NCBI GenBank assembly: GCA_003990765.1
Contig: RBNJ01000190.1
Coordinates: 1-37,411 of the forward strand
Direction of reading: 5' to 3'
Length of the DNA: 37,411 bases
Origin: Jimgerdemannia flammicorona
Lineage: Eukaryota
Numbering within the stretch: the stretch's first letter is position 1; each line of letters begins with the position of its first letter. Shown one piece after another: positions 1 through 11,052 of the stretch. The notes below the pieces were generated by a model. The model was given only the letters and a program-made list of their open reading frames with translations. It searched no databases and was not told where the DNA came from. The position numbers were made by a program, and so were the translations under genes.

Positions 1-41
<41 letters not shown>

Positions 42-344
42 TTAGTGCAGAGGATAAAATGGAGGTTAGTATAGAAGAGATTGGTCTAAAGGAAGAGGAT
101 ATAAAGGAAAGCAGTTCAGAATATGAGGAGAAATATATTGAGGAAGATAGTTCAAAATATAAGAAAGAGGAGAATCAGTTAGTTTATAATAATAAAGAGT
201 AAGATCTGTTTACACTAGTAAGTTCTTTATTTTCCTAATTTACTTCCTATTTATTTCTAATTTTATTTTGATTTCTGATTCCTAATTATATTTCTGTAAA
301 TATATATCTTAGATGTATATTTTTTTTTTTATATTTTATAGCTT

Positions 345-485
345 AAATATAGATTAAAGATAGGGATCAGAATTAGATCATATATATTTCTCAAGTTAGG
401 TTAAAGATGAGTTATATATATATATTTCTGAGTTAGGTTAAAGATAGGTGATATAAATTTCTGACTCAGATTAAGACAGGTTATA
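345..485. repeat. Degenerate ~30-bp tandem repeat (ATTTCT-N-AGTTAGGTTAAAGAT core), probably an old TE/LTR remnant
   Basis: Three to four imperfect copies, e.g. atttctcaagttaggttaaagatg, atttctgagttaggttaaagatag, atttctgactcagattaagacagg. Confidence 0.5.
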
Positions 486-1200
486 GAGCACTATCTCCAG
501 GCAACCCCCCACCATTCCCCAGAAGTTACCAAGTATCTTGCACTCACTCAACCAATGTTCTGATATCTATACAATCTCCTCCTCTTATTTGATATTATAG
601 TAATCCTCATACTCAAAAACCTCTCCTTCTATTAAGTATTCTGATCTACTTGAACTATATCTTAACAATGGGTATTTAAAACTTAGTACTTTCTCACAGA
701 ACTCAGAACTTAGGACCAATTAGTACTCTCAAATAAATTGAATCAATTTGAATCAAATCAAATTGAATATCATTCAAATTAAATCAAATTGAAAATTTTT
801 TAATTGAATTTAAATTGAATTGAGGGTCTAATTTAAACTCTATTTTTTAAAATATAATAACTTGACAAAAACATATCTAAATTTAACAATCTTTAGCTTA
901 TTAAATTCCTCTTATATAGAAGAATCTAATAAGCTAAAGAATATTAAATTTGGACATATTTATATTGAGTTATTATATTTCAAAAAATAGAGTTCAATTC
1001 AAATCTCAAATTGAAATGGACCTTTGATTTAATTCAAATTATAACAAATTAGATCTTTGATTTAATTTATTGAGAGTACTAGGGCCAATAGTCATCTCTA
1101 ATTATCTGTAATATATTAATTCTATTAGTATATAGTTTTATTATACTCACCAGTATAGATCATATAACCAAATATATCTTTAATATATATTTTGAGTAAG
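486..1200 (-). mobile_element. Fragment of L1/Tx1-like LINE ORF2 C-terminus, interrupted by MITE copy 1
   Basis: Minus strand reads EHWLSECKILGNFW, matching the zinc-knuckle region of LINE-B at ~20070-20165 (LEHWLKEYEMLLDFW). Nucleotide similarity is visible between 550-715 and 20100-20255. The right limit is uncertain. Confidence 0.6.
721..1081. mobile_element. hAT-type foldback MITE, copy 1 (361 bp)
   Basis: Termini TAGTACTCTC...GAGAGTACTA; 8-bp TSD GGACCAAT (713-720) / GGGCCAAT (1082-1089); subterminal pentamer arrays; central palindrome. Confidence 0.9.
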
Positions 1201-2115
1201 ATCTAAGAGGAATCAGTATTGCCAAATGGACCCTCTATACCAAGATATGATAGATGTTAATATTATTACATCTTAGATTATAAGAAACCTTCATCTGCCC
1301 AATGTCACAGATAAACAATTTTACAATTAAAATATATTTCATTTTGATTTCAATTTTAGATAATAGGAAAGCTGGTGACTCTGAAACATTCTTCATATGT
1401 AAAAAAAAATGTAGTTTTCAAAATATAGTATAGTTTCTAATTTGAAACTCAGCTAGATCTAAAAAAAAATTATATAGTTGACATTTGATAGTAGGAGTTA
1501 TTGAATCTAGAAAACTTTATATATATAACATTACTATCACTAAAGGAAAAAACATTTTTTTTGCTTTTTATATTTTATTGTAAAATTATTTATTTTGATA
1601 ATAACCTCTAAATTTTGTAAGTATAAAGAGAAGTGCATTTACATCTTATAATGATGAGATCAATATTAAAATTGTTAATAGTTTACCAATATGCTGAGCT
1701 GAAAGCAGTATGTAGGCTGATAATTATATTATCAGACTGTAGGAATATGAGCTATGTTTAGTAAAAAAAATAATAAATTCATCAAATGTTCATTTGAGAA
1801 ATAGATAATTAATTGCTTAAAACTACAAAAAAGATAAATATTATAACCCTACTCTCAAAAAAATATTGAGAGGTTAGAAAAAACAAATTGTTGAAAGTTG
1901 AATTGATTTGCTCAGAACTATGAGAAATATATATATATATATATTTGACTTAAACTAATTATATTATAATGTGCCCTGGTTTAATAAATATAAATTACAA
2001 GGTAGGGGTTGGTGTAGTTTAGCTTAAGCCTCTAGTTACTTTGTTAAAAAGCAACAAAATATTCTATAATTCCTGAAGTTCTTGATATTTAGTGATATAA
2101 TAGTTAAATCTGAAT

Positions 2116-2523
2116 TAGTGCTCCCAAATGAATTGAATCAATTCAATCAAATCAAATTGAGGGTCATTTGAATCAAATCAAATTGGGGATTTTTCAATTT
2201 AAATTGAGTTTGAATCAAATTGAATTCAAATTGAATTGAGGGTCTGATTTGAAACCTATTTTTAGAAATGTAATAACTTGATGAATATATATCCAAATTC
2301 AATGATCTTTAGCTTGTTAGATTCCCCAATATAAGAGGAATCTAACAAGCTAAAGATCATTGAATTGGATGTGTATTTGTCAAGTTATTTAATTTCTAAA
2401 AATAGAGTTTGAATCAGACCTCAAATTGAATTGGACCTCAATTTGAATTGATTCAATTCAAAGTTTTCAAATCGAATCGAATTTGGGTCCAATTCAATTC
2501 AATTTGATTCATTGAGAGTACTA
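2116..2523. mobile_element. hAT-type foldback MITE, copy 2 (408 bp), inserted in the 3' LTR
   Basis: Termini TAGTGCTCCC...GAGAGTACTA; perfect TSD ATCTGAAT (2108-2115 / 2524-2531); the 5' LTR has the empty site ATCTGGAT once (~11196-11203). Confidence 0.95.
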
Positions 2524-2739
2524 ATCTGAATATCTATAAGTAATTCTGGCAATTTCCTTATTGGGACAGATTCTTGAGTATAAGTAGTAATTTGTGTATA
2601 TAGTATGAGTGACTTCCTTATGTGGGATAGTCTGGTAATTTAGCAGTTTCTTTCTTGAGTAATAGTGATCTCTATATAGTATGATAATTTTAGTAATATT
2701 CCTAAATAAGTAGTGGTAGACTGATAAATAACTTAATTT

Positions 2740-2845
2740 AGTAAATAACTCAGTTTGGCAGATAACTCAGTTTCACAGACAATTTAGATAACTCAGATAA
2801 TTCAGTTTGGCAGATAACTTAATAACTTGGATAACTCAGATAGTG
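2740..2845. repeat. LTR-internal short repeats (GATAACTCAG-based units); counterpart at ~11400-11570
   Basis: Repeated gataactcag / cagtttggcagataact units in both LTRs, with different copy number. Confidence 0.7.
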
Positions 2846-3303
2846 AAGATTCTTAGTAAGTTATATCAAAGACTGACTTCATTTATATAGAATTATGTTG
2901 AATGAACTGGCTCTACTGTAAAGTTGTATCAGAAGACTAGATTTGTGATAAGAGGCAGACTTCTTTGATTCTTCAGACTTATCTAACAAGCAAATCTAAA
3001 TATAATAACTTATTTCTTAAGTAGCAGATTCCTCAAATAGTGGTAAAGTTCTTCACTCAAACTTTTAATAGATTTTTCAGATTCTTTAGGCTTATCTGGC
3101 AAGTATACCAATCAATATTTATATCAGAAAGTGGATCAGAGTGGGAAAAAGAGAACTAATACTCACAATCTTTAATAGCTTCTTTAGTTTATACTTTAAC
3201 TTTTCAGACTGAGATTTGTTCACTCTTATCTCTGAGATAGTTTATATAGTTGTGGTTGCTATCTGGTTGCTATATAGCTAATTATAGATGACTATCTATA
3301 GCA

Positions 3304-3372
3304 AGTGTTTCAGGACTAATATAGTGTTTCTGGACTAATATAGTATTTCTGGATCAGTATAGTGTACTGGTT
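3304..3372. repeat. 19-bp tandem repeat (AGTGTTTCTGGACTAATAT) x ~3.5 in the U3 end of the LTR; counterpart ~12033-12100
   Basis: Directly visible tandem copies in both LTRs; an enhancer-like role is inference from position. Confidence 0.7.
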
Positions 3373-3556
3373 CAGAAATAGATAAACATATTGTTTCTGG
3401 TATTTCTGGCTAATTATATAGATTGGTATAGTAAAGAAATCTTAGTTTCCTAGTATACTAGATATGATATATAGCTAATTTATAATTTCAGTAGTATAGT
3501 TCTACTGCTTATCACATCAGCCTCTACTAAAAAATGGTCTATCCTCAGACTATTCT

Positions 3557-4128
3557 TTAGTCATCATTTCAATATACATAAGTATCTTCAGAATCAATAT
3601 CTGAACCATCATCTTCATTTGGATCTAAGTTACTCCATTCAACAGGTTCTTCTTCTTCCTCTGGAAATAGAATTTTAACATAGTTGATGATACTCAGATA
3701 GATGGCAGAATTCATTTCTTATATATCATACAGAGAGAACTGTATCTATATCAGTACTGGGGTATTTTGTTTATAGATTGTATACAGTCTGTTAGCAGCA
3801 ATAATATTTTTCTAAGACAGACCAGTAGAGTTTCTGATATAGGTCAGGTCTGGGGCTAGAAGGTTCTGCAACTGTTCTCCAATTACATAGTAGACCTATA
3901 ACTGGTAGACTTGTAGTAAATATCTAACTAAGATAAAGTTCTCCTAATAGATCTAGATTCATTGGAGGGTATTTCTATTGGCTTAGTAAAATTGTAGTAG
4001 GGAAACTGAGAATGATTATAATAAACTAAGAATAAGAGTCTGGAGACACTGTTCAATTGTCTGATTTATAGTATGGGGAGAGGTATATCTTGAGGTGGTT
4101 GATATATACTAGTGTTCTCAGGATTCAT
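3557..4128 (-). pseudogene. Degraded extra ORF (ORF3, env position) between integrase and 3' LTR; unknown product
   Basis: Minus strand reads MNPENTSIYQPPQDIPLP...GLYYVIGEQLQNLLAPDLTYIRNSTGLS*KNIIAANRLYTIYKQN...FPEEEEEPVEWSNLDPNEDDGSDIDSED. The stops are TAG/TAA/TGA, consistent with C>T or G>A changes. Confidence 0.55.
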
Positions 4129-4149
4129 CTATCCATACTTCTTAAATAG

Positions 4150-5110
4150 ATACTAGTTCCTCTGATATTATATACAAAATAAAGTCCTTTCTATTTAGGC
4201 TCCAATTTGGTAATAAAGTTTGTTTTGATCATACTTCTTCAAACTAATACTTGATCTTTAATTTTAATCTTCTAATTCTTCTGCTTCTAGTCATAGTACT
4301 TCTTTTGTCTTTTTTGAGCCTTAATAATCTAGACTTAGGCTTAATTATATAACTATTCTGCTTTCTTGAGGAGGTCTCCAAGGTTCTCATAGTTAGCAGT
4401 TTTGGTTTTCTTAGCAAACATCATCTTGAATGTCTTTTGTTTAGTAGAGATAGCAGGGATGTTCTGAATTTCCCATAGAATTTCAGAAAAGCAGAGGTTC
4501 TAGTTGGTAGAATTGACTCAGGTAAGTCCTTTCTTGATGGTCTAATTTATTTATTCTGTCATACCATTGATCTGAGAGTAGTATTATGTAGTTTACTTAA
4601 GATAAATCTTGTGAATTTAGGTATAACTTATAATTATATTATTAATGAATTCTGTGCCTTAGTTAGAGATGAGTTCTTCTAGAGGTTTATATCTGAGTGT
4701 GAGGCTAATGATGGTCAAGATATCAGTAATTTCCATTGGAAAAGCTTTGGGCCATTTGGTCAGATGTTCTACAAATACTAAAATATATTTATTTTTCCTT
4801 AGTATAACTGGTAGAGGTCTAATTACATCTACTCTCCATCTCTGAAAAATATTGTCTAGTAGTACAATTGGTTATAATAGTGCTTGATAATTCTTCTTTC
4901 CTTAGTACTTCTGATAGGTGTCACATTTCTTGAGTATATCTCAGACTTATATCCTGAGATTGGGCCAATGTTGATATATTATTTGCAGCTTTTTTTCTAT
5001 ATTTGTCTATCCTTAGTGGGCTTTCTGATATTCTTTTTAGATGAGATCTTCTTGTGCTTTAATAGTTAGAGGAGCTTTCTTTAGGATATAGTTTCTCAGT
5101 ACATTCTTCT
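4150..5110 (-). pseudogene. Gypsy integrase (degraded)
   Basis: HWPNL...KKCDTYQK; WRVDVIRPLPV..KNKYILVFVEHLTKWPKAFP; LISN*GTEFIN; QINGMTE*IN*TIK; decayed GPY/F region near 4180-4205. Confidence 0.85.
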
Positions 5111-5124
5111 TCTGATTTATTGGA

Positions 5125-5520
5125 GTTGATGGGAAAGTACATCAACATTATTGTGAGCTTTCTCTGCTTTATGAATAATGGTAATTTTGTAATCCTAAAG
5201 GATAAGAATCCAGTGGGCCAGGATTTCAGTAGATTTCTTATAGTTGAATAGCTATTTGAGTATATAGTCAGTTATCAGAGTAAATCTTTTTCTGATGAGA
5301 TAATATTTAAATAGAGAGACTGTCTATATAACTGCAAGATATTCTAATTTGATACTACTATAGTTGATCTGCTACTAGTTGGTAGCTTGGTTTGTATAAG
5401 CTATCATATAATATTATTGATCAGATTCTTCCTGGACTAGAACTACTCTAAGGCCATCTTTGGAAGCATCTATATATATATAAGATGAATAGCTTCTATA
5501 GATTGGAATGTATAAGGATT
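5125..5520 (-). pseudogene. Gypsy RNase H (degraded)
   Basis: IYIDASKDGLRVVLVQE; NYSSIKLEYLAVI; LAHWILIL*DYKITIIHKAEKAHNNVDVL. Confidence 0.85.
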
Positions 5521-5559
5521 GATACTGTAGTCATATAGTGCTTGAGTTCCTTAAAGGCT

Positions 5560-6420
5560 AGTGCTTATAATTCTGTCCATTTATATAGTACTTCTTTCTT
5601 GAGTAGGGTTTGAATTGGGGCAGTAATTTGGGCAAAGTCCTTGATGAATCTTCTATAGTAGGATACCAATATTAGGAATGATAGTATTTCTTTTGGGGTC
5701 TTGAGTACTGACCAGTTATTGATCATCTCAGTTTTCTTTGAGTCTGCATGGATTTCTTCTTTCAAAACTATAAATCTAAGAAATTTGAGTTTCTGTTTCC
5801 CAAAGTAGTATTTCTTAGCATTAAGTCTCAGGTGATTCCTGTAAGTGAGCTTGAAGAATTCTTCTAGATAGTATAGGTGTTCTTTGAAATTTACTAAATA
5901 GATATTGGAGTCATCTATATATATATAATCAGACAGTAATAGATCAATAGACTATAGACTGAGTTCATCATTTTTTAGAAGATAGGAGGTGTATTATAAA
6001 GTCCAAAGAGTATTTAGAGATACTCAAACAGTTTTTCTAGAGTAAGAAAGCTGTCTTCCAAATGTCTTTGGAATCTATAGAAATCTCATAGAATCCTGTA
6101 AAAAGGTTTATACTGCTGAAGTATCTGGTATCTTGTAACTAGTCTAAGAGGTTATCAATTCTGAACAAAGGATAGATATCTTTCTCAGTGACTGAATTGA
6201 GTTTTCTGTAGTCTATACAGAGTCTTTATCCTCCTTTCTTTAGTACAATAGTATGGGGCTGGCCCAAGGGCTGATAGAGGGTCAGATGATCCAATTGTCT
6301 AAGAGTTCTTAAATATATTTCTTTTTGAATATCTTTAGATAATAGGGTATTTTATAGGGTTTCTGCCAGATAGGTATTGTATTTTCTGTATTTATACTAT
6401 AATAATATGATGAGTTATAT
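5560..6420 (-). pseudogene. Gypsy reverse transcriptase (degraded)
   Basis: SISPWASP; CIDYRKLNSVTEKDIYPLFRIDNLLD; IYIDD at ~5910-5925; SYYRRFIKDFAQITAPI (ORF 5565-5765). Confidence 0.9.
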
Positions 6421-6940
6421 AGTAGATTGCCATAATCAATAGTAAAGATATCTTGATATTTGTTGAGAAGTTTTACTAGTTGCCATTGCTGGGGTGTCAA
6501 TTCTTCTCTACTATTGGTAGAAGACTTTACTGTCACCTGGATCACAGAGGGGCCTTTTCTTTCTTCTGAGACCTTTTGCTGTTTTATGATAAGTTTATCT
6601 CATAGACTTCTCTGTAAGTTCAGTTGAGGAAGGGCACTAGATATCTTATGATGGTTTCTTTTGACAAGATGATACTTTCCCAGCTCTGGTTGATTGCTCA
6701 GAAGTATATAGAATTCATCTTGTCAGAGAATATATATCTCTTAATGTCTAGGTTTGGGATATCTTTATTGAGTTCAAAGAAGAGATTTCTGGAGTTGGGT
6801 GGTGCAAAGATTTCGAAGGTAGTTTGCTCTCTTGACTCTAGGATGAGGTTCTTGTACAGTTTGACTGATTGGTGATATACTTGCTGGGGGATATCCTTCT
6901 TAAGATAGTTGATCTAGAGGAGATGCACTTCTTTCTTATT

Positions 6941-7345
6941 TGAGCTTTCAAATACTTCAGCTTGCCTTATTTCTTCAGTCAGTTGGAAACTTCTTGTAAT
7001 TGAGGGGTCTTGACCTTCACAAAGACTGCCTAAGCAATTTTCTGTTCTCTAAGGATTTAGTACTATTCTATACTACTGTTATATAAGATAATCTTAATTT
7101 CATCTATATATCCTGAGTCTATGATTCCTCCTTCTATAGTTACTCCTTGTCTGACAAGTCTAGACCTTGAGGTCAGTTGGATGTAAGTTCCTTTAGGTAG
7201 TTGTATGGCTAGTTCTGTTCTAAATACCAATGTTCTTCTAGACTTAATAGATTCATCCTCTAGACTGTAGAGGTCATATCCTATATCTTCTTGATGAGTT
7301 TTGGTTAAGGGTTTGGCCTTGGGATATAGCAGAATATACTGAGTA
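6941..7345 (-). pseudogene. dUTPase domain inside Gypsy pol (degraded)
   Basis: One frame carries the five trimeric dUTPase motifs in order: DIGYDLYS, TSRSRL, GGIIDSGYIDEIKIILYN, QKIA*AVF, RQAEVFESS (cf. AGYDL, RSG, GxID.GY.GEI, RIAQ, RG..GFGS). Confidence 0.88.
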
Positions 7346-8639
7346 ATATCTTTACTGAGTTTTGGCTATCTTTGAGCTGAAGCTCTACTGGCAGAAAGTC
7401 TCCAGGCTCTGAGGTTGAGGTATGACCATTTGGCTCCAGTAGAGGGATCTCAGAGATAGTTGATTCCTCTTTTTTCTATGGTCTAGGGCCTCCATGAAGT
7501 TGGTGGCATCTTCTACCTATTCTCAGTAAGTTGTATATCTAATGAGAGCTAAGATATCTTCTCCCAAATTATAGATCTTAAGAGTCCTTCTTTAGCTTAG
7601 CTTTTTTGGATCTGAGTTCTATTGTCTCCTCTTTTTAGAGTATAGACTACAACATTCTGACTTAGGTGAATCTTCTGGTGTCTGCAGTCTTGACAGTCTG
7701 GGTGTCTTCTATGGTTATAATATTCTATTGCTCAGAAATACCATTCTCAGTTATTGATCTCTTATCATCTTGAGAATTAGTATCCATCTTAGTCATAGGT
7801 TGGAGGAAGGATAGCTAAGATATATATTTCTATTTGGATAAAAAGGCCTTATCCTCTAGCTCAGCTTTGTAACCTTATAGTGACTTTCTGAAAGGTAGTT
7901 AACTGTGCAATTGTAGTCAGGAGTTCTGGCCTTCAGGGTCTCTGTTTTTCCTATTAGTCTAGTAGATAGCACTAATAGCAGTAGTCTTGGAGAGAGTGAA
8001 AGATCATTTAATACAGATATCTTCCCAACTAAAAGGCTCTTTCTTAGTGTATTTCTTACTTTAAAATAATAGTAATTGTTCTGGGTCCTTCTTCAATATT
8101 CCAGGAGTTATTATCTTTTAATGGTATCTATTGAGAGTCATCCCAGAGAATGAGTTCAGGGGGCTCTTCCTGCTTGAGAACCTCTTGCTCAGAAGTCTCT
8201 TGCTCAGGAGTTTCTTTTTCCTCAGATAATTCTTGGTCCCAGATTGCTTATACTTCTGCAGCTTCAGTTGTAGGTATCTTCAGAACATGTCTACATTTCT
8301 TCTTTCTTTTTCTGTACTCTGGGCAGGATTCCTTATTCCAATGATTTTGGATGAGTGTTTAGAGTACTTATATCTTTTGAGATAGGTGGGGCATCCTTTG
8401 CAATAGCTTTAATTATAATGGGAATAGTATTTCTGACTCATACATTATCTTCTGACCTGTCATCTACTAGGTTGATTTAGGAATTAAGTCTGGAGTCATT
8501 TTCATCTTCAGATTCTTCTTCCTCTTCTGTAGTAAACTCTTCACTACTGGCATATTCTTTCTAGATAGTGACCTTCTTCTTCAATTACTTATAGCTGGTC
8601 ATCTTAACTCTATACTTCTTGTCTTGGTAATCAAACTTA

Positions 8640-8960
8640 AATATTTGTTGACTGATATCAATAACTGTATTCATTTCTTTCATCCAGTTGGTGCCAAGGA
8701 TCATGTCATAGGTAATAGCTTTGGTGATAATAGCTTTCAGGATAGAGAACTAAATGTCTCAGAGAGATAGTAATATTTCATATATCCAAGGAGTTGAGTT
8801 TAGGCTCTATCTACTACTATGATGCTAAGGTTGGATAGTCCATCAATGGGCCATTAGAGGGTGTCCAGAAATTATTTGGCAATAACACAGACAGCTATTC
8901 CTATATCTATGAGAATTTTCACCTTTTGTTCTCTAATATCTCTATATTTATAGATAGGTA
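8640..8960 (-). pseudogene. Retroviral-type aspartic protease (degraded)
   Basis: KILIDIGIAVCVIAK (DTG to DIG via ACA>ATA) and YDMILGTNWMK. Confidence 0.8.
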
Positions 8961-9399
8961 CTGATATATCTCTTTGTAGCTTGAATAGAAGTAAGAGCTA
9001 GTTCTTATTGTAGGATTAGAATCTGGCCAGTACTAAATCTAATGGTTCTCAATAGTTTGTTTTGGACTTCAGTTAGTATCAGTTGTAGAAACTGCAGGAG
9101 AGAAACTTCCATCTTGGCTTCTTGAATCTTTTGCCAGACTTTATTGAAGATATCTCTAGATATGACCTTCAGGGTATACTTCTTCTTAGACTTCAGGGCA
9201 GCAGATTTCTGTTCTTCTTGCTCTATTTCTTCATTCTCTAGAGATAGTTTATTTGTTTTAAGAATAAAAGGTGGGGGAGATTGGAGAGGTATTTCTACTT
9301 GCTTCTCTTTATATTCTTTATCTTTCTTTTGAATTCTTCTGCTGGTATTTCTAGAGAGTCTTCCTATAGATCTCTTTCTTTTTTCTACTGAGTAAACTG

Positions 9400-10600
9400 T
9401 CTTTCTGGTGATGACTTTGGCTGAGTATAAGTCTAGATCACTATAGTCTTCACTGTTGCTTTCTTCTTCAAAGTCTTCAACAGGATGGGCTTTAGTCTTC
9501 TTGTACTAGGTTTCATTTCTTTGATTTGGTAGTTCTGAGTCCCTTTGATTACTTCTTTTGTTATCACATTCAGTGATATAGTATCTGAATTGTCTACAGT
9601 AGAAGTACTGAACTTGGGCTTATCTCAGACAGGATATCTTCTTTCTTCTTACTGATAGCTCCTATTATCTCTGAGTAGATAACTAATGTATACCCTCTGT
9701 TGTCTTATTGATAGCTCTGATTTTTATATGTGGTGAGTTTTTCAATCTGCCCCACCAATCAGTCTAATTTAAAACTGAGGTCTTATATTTTATTTCTATT
9801 CTTCTTCCATTCTTTAGCTGGCTTTCTTTCTTCAGATTTTTCCTGTCCTTAGAGGAGTCCTTGTAGGACTTTGATCAAGATATCCTTCTTGTCATTCTTC
9901 TTATCATGGTCACTTCAGGTAGTTTCTTATCTGACATCAAAAAATCCTTGAGCTATATCTACTTATTCTTCAGACCTTCTAATATCTAAGATGTGAATAT
10001 GCTGGGCAATATTTGGAGAAATCTCATTCATGAAGGTCATTGGACCTATAATGTCTTGATTGGTAGTATTGAATCCAACTATATGTATTCTCTTTTGGAT
10101 TCTTATAAAGAAGGCTCTAGGTGATTCTCTAAGATTCATCTTCATTCTTATAATAGATTCTTATATCTTATAGCAGGTCTCATTTCCTGTATACTTCTTA
10201 ATAAGCCAGTAAGTCATAGTATCATACTCTACTAGCCAGGTTAGTGCTGTATAGATGGCTACTCCAAGGTCTGAGTTTACATCAGTTCTTGCTCAAGTGA
10301 AAATTTCTTTAACTAGTTCTCTGAGTTGAGTCTTATAGATGGTGACTTTTTTTTTAAGAGAGAGGTTCTTCAGAGCTGCAATTCCTTCAATTTCATCAAG
10401 AAATTCTATTGTGTCTTCTTCTGGATATCTTGTAAAGATGGGCAGTGGAGTAGCTATTTCATTGTCACTGTCTTCTGATTCTAATTCTAGTTCCAATTCT
10501 GATTCTGATGTTGGTTCTGATTCTGATTCTGATTCTGAATTGTTGCTGAAGTTCAGGATACTTGGGTATTTTAAAGATAGTGTTATGGATCTTGAGTGAG
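9400..10600 (-). pseudogene. Gag (degraded) with CCHC zinc knuckle
   Basis: PLPIFTRYPEEDTIEFLDEIE; NLRESPRAFFIRIQK; knuckle YFYCRQFRYYITEC at ~9565-9608 (restorable to CX2CX4HX4C by reversing transitions); hexamer TCTGAT repeat at 10475-10540 encoding Ser/Glu. Limits approximate. Confidence 0.8.
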
Positions 10601-11032
10601 GTAAAATAGGTCTAGGTATTTTTAAAGGAGCTACTTCTTGGTCTTCTTGTTCTGTGATAACTAGTGGTAAATATTCAATAGATAAAATTAGTGGAACTTC
10701 TATAGGAAATCAGGTTTATACAATGAGGTCTTCAAGTTCTTGTGCAAGTTTATTGAAGGTCCTAGCTGAACTATCTATATAATCTGGTTGATCTAGTTGA
10801 TCTAGCTAGAGATTTTATACTGTACTGACTTTCTGTTGAGATTCTTCTGATGGTGAGTAGTTGGCAAGAAAGTAATTACTTCTCTTTCTATCTAAATACT
10901 GATAATGACTAGTTCTCCTGTGGTGGCAGAGATTGATATTGTATTAAATATATCTAGTTTGACTATGAGTTCTTGTGAGCTGAAAAGTCATGTTTATTTT
11001 AAAATCTTCTTTGGTGTATGAGTTTTGAAAAT

Positions 11033-11050
11033 CTTCCAGTTGAGCCCTCA
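11033..11050 (-). promoter_or_regulatory. Primer binding site, tRNA-Pro-like
   Basis: Two nt after the 5' LTR the minus strand reads TGAGGGCTCAACTGGAAG, close to the classical Pro PBS TGGGGGCTCGTCCGGGAT; most differences are G>A/C>T. Confidence 0.7.
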
Positions 11051-11052
11051 AA

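Larger units (their letters stand above)
1965..3516 (-). repeat. 3' LTR of the Gypsy element (contains MITE copy 2)
   Basis: Colinear with 11053-12235 from TATAATGTGCCCTGG to CTGCTTATCACA once the MITE and one TSD copy are removed. Confidence 0.92.

Noticed and set aside
1..37. Leading poly(A) as a telomere or retroposon tail
   Set aside because: Context is cut by the window edge; most likely a contig break at a homopolymer.
2740..2845. Repeat-spacer look suggesting a CRISPR-like array (also the MITE pentamers and the 19-bp LTR repeats)
   Set aside because: Units are degenerate and abutting with no unique spacers, lie inside LTRs or MITEs, and the context is eukaryotic with no cas genes.
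10339..10599. Plus-strand Ser/Asp-rich ORF, and similar ORFs at 4884, 6624, 8150 and 9144
   Set aside because: Antisense shadows of the minus-strand gag-pol.
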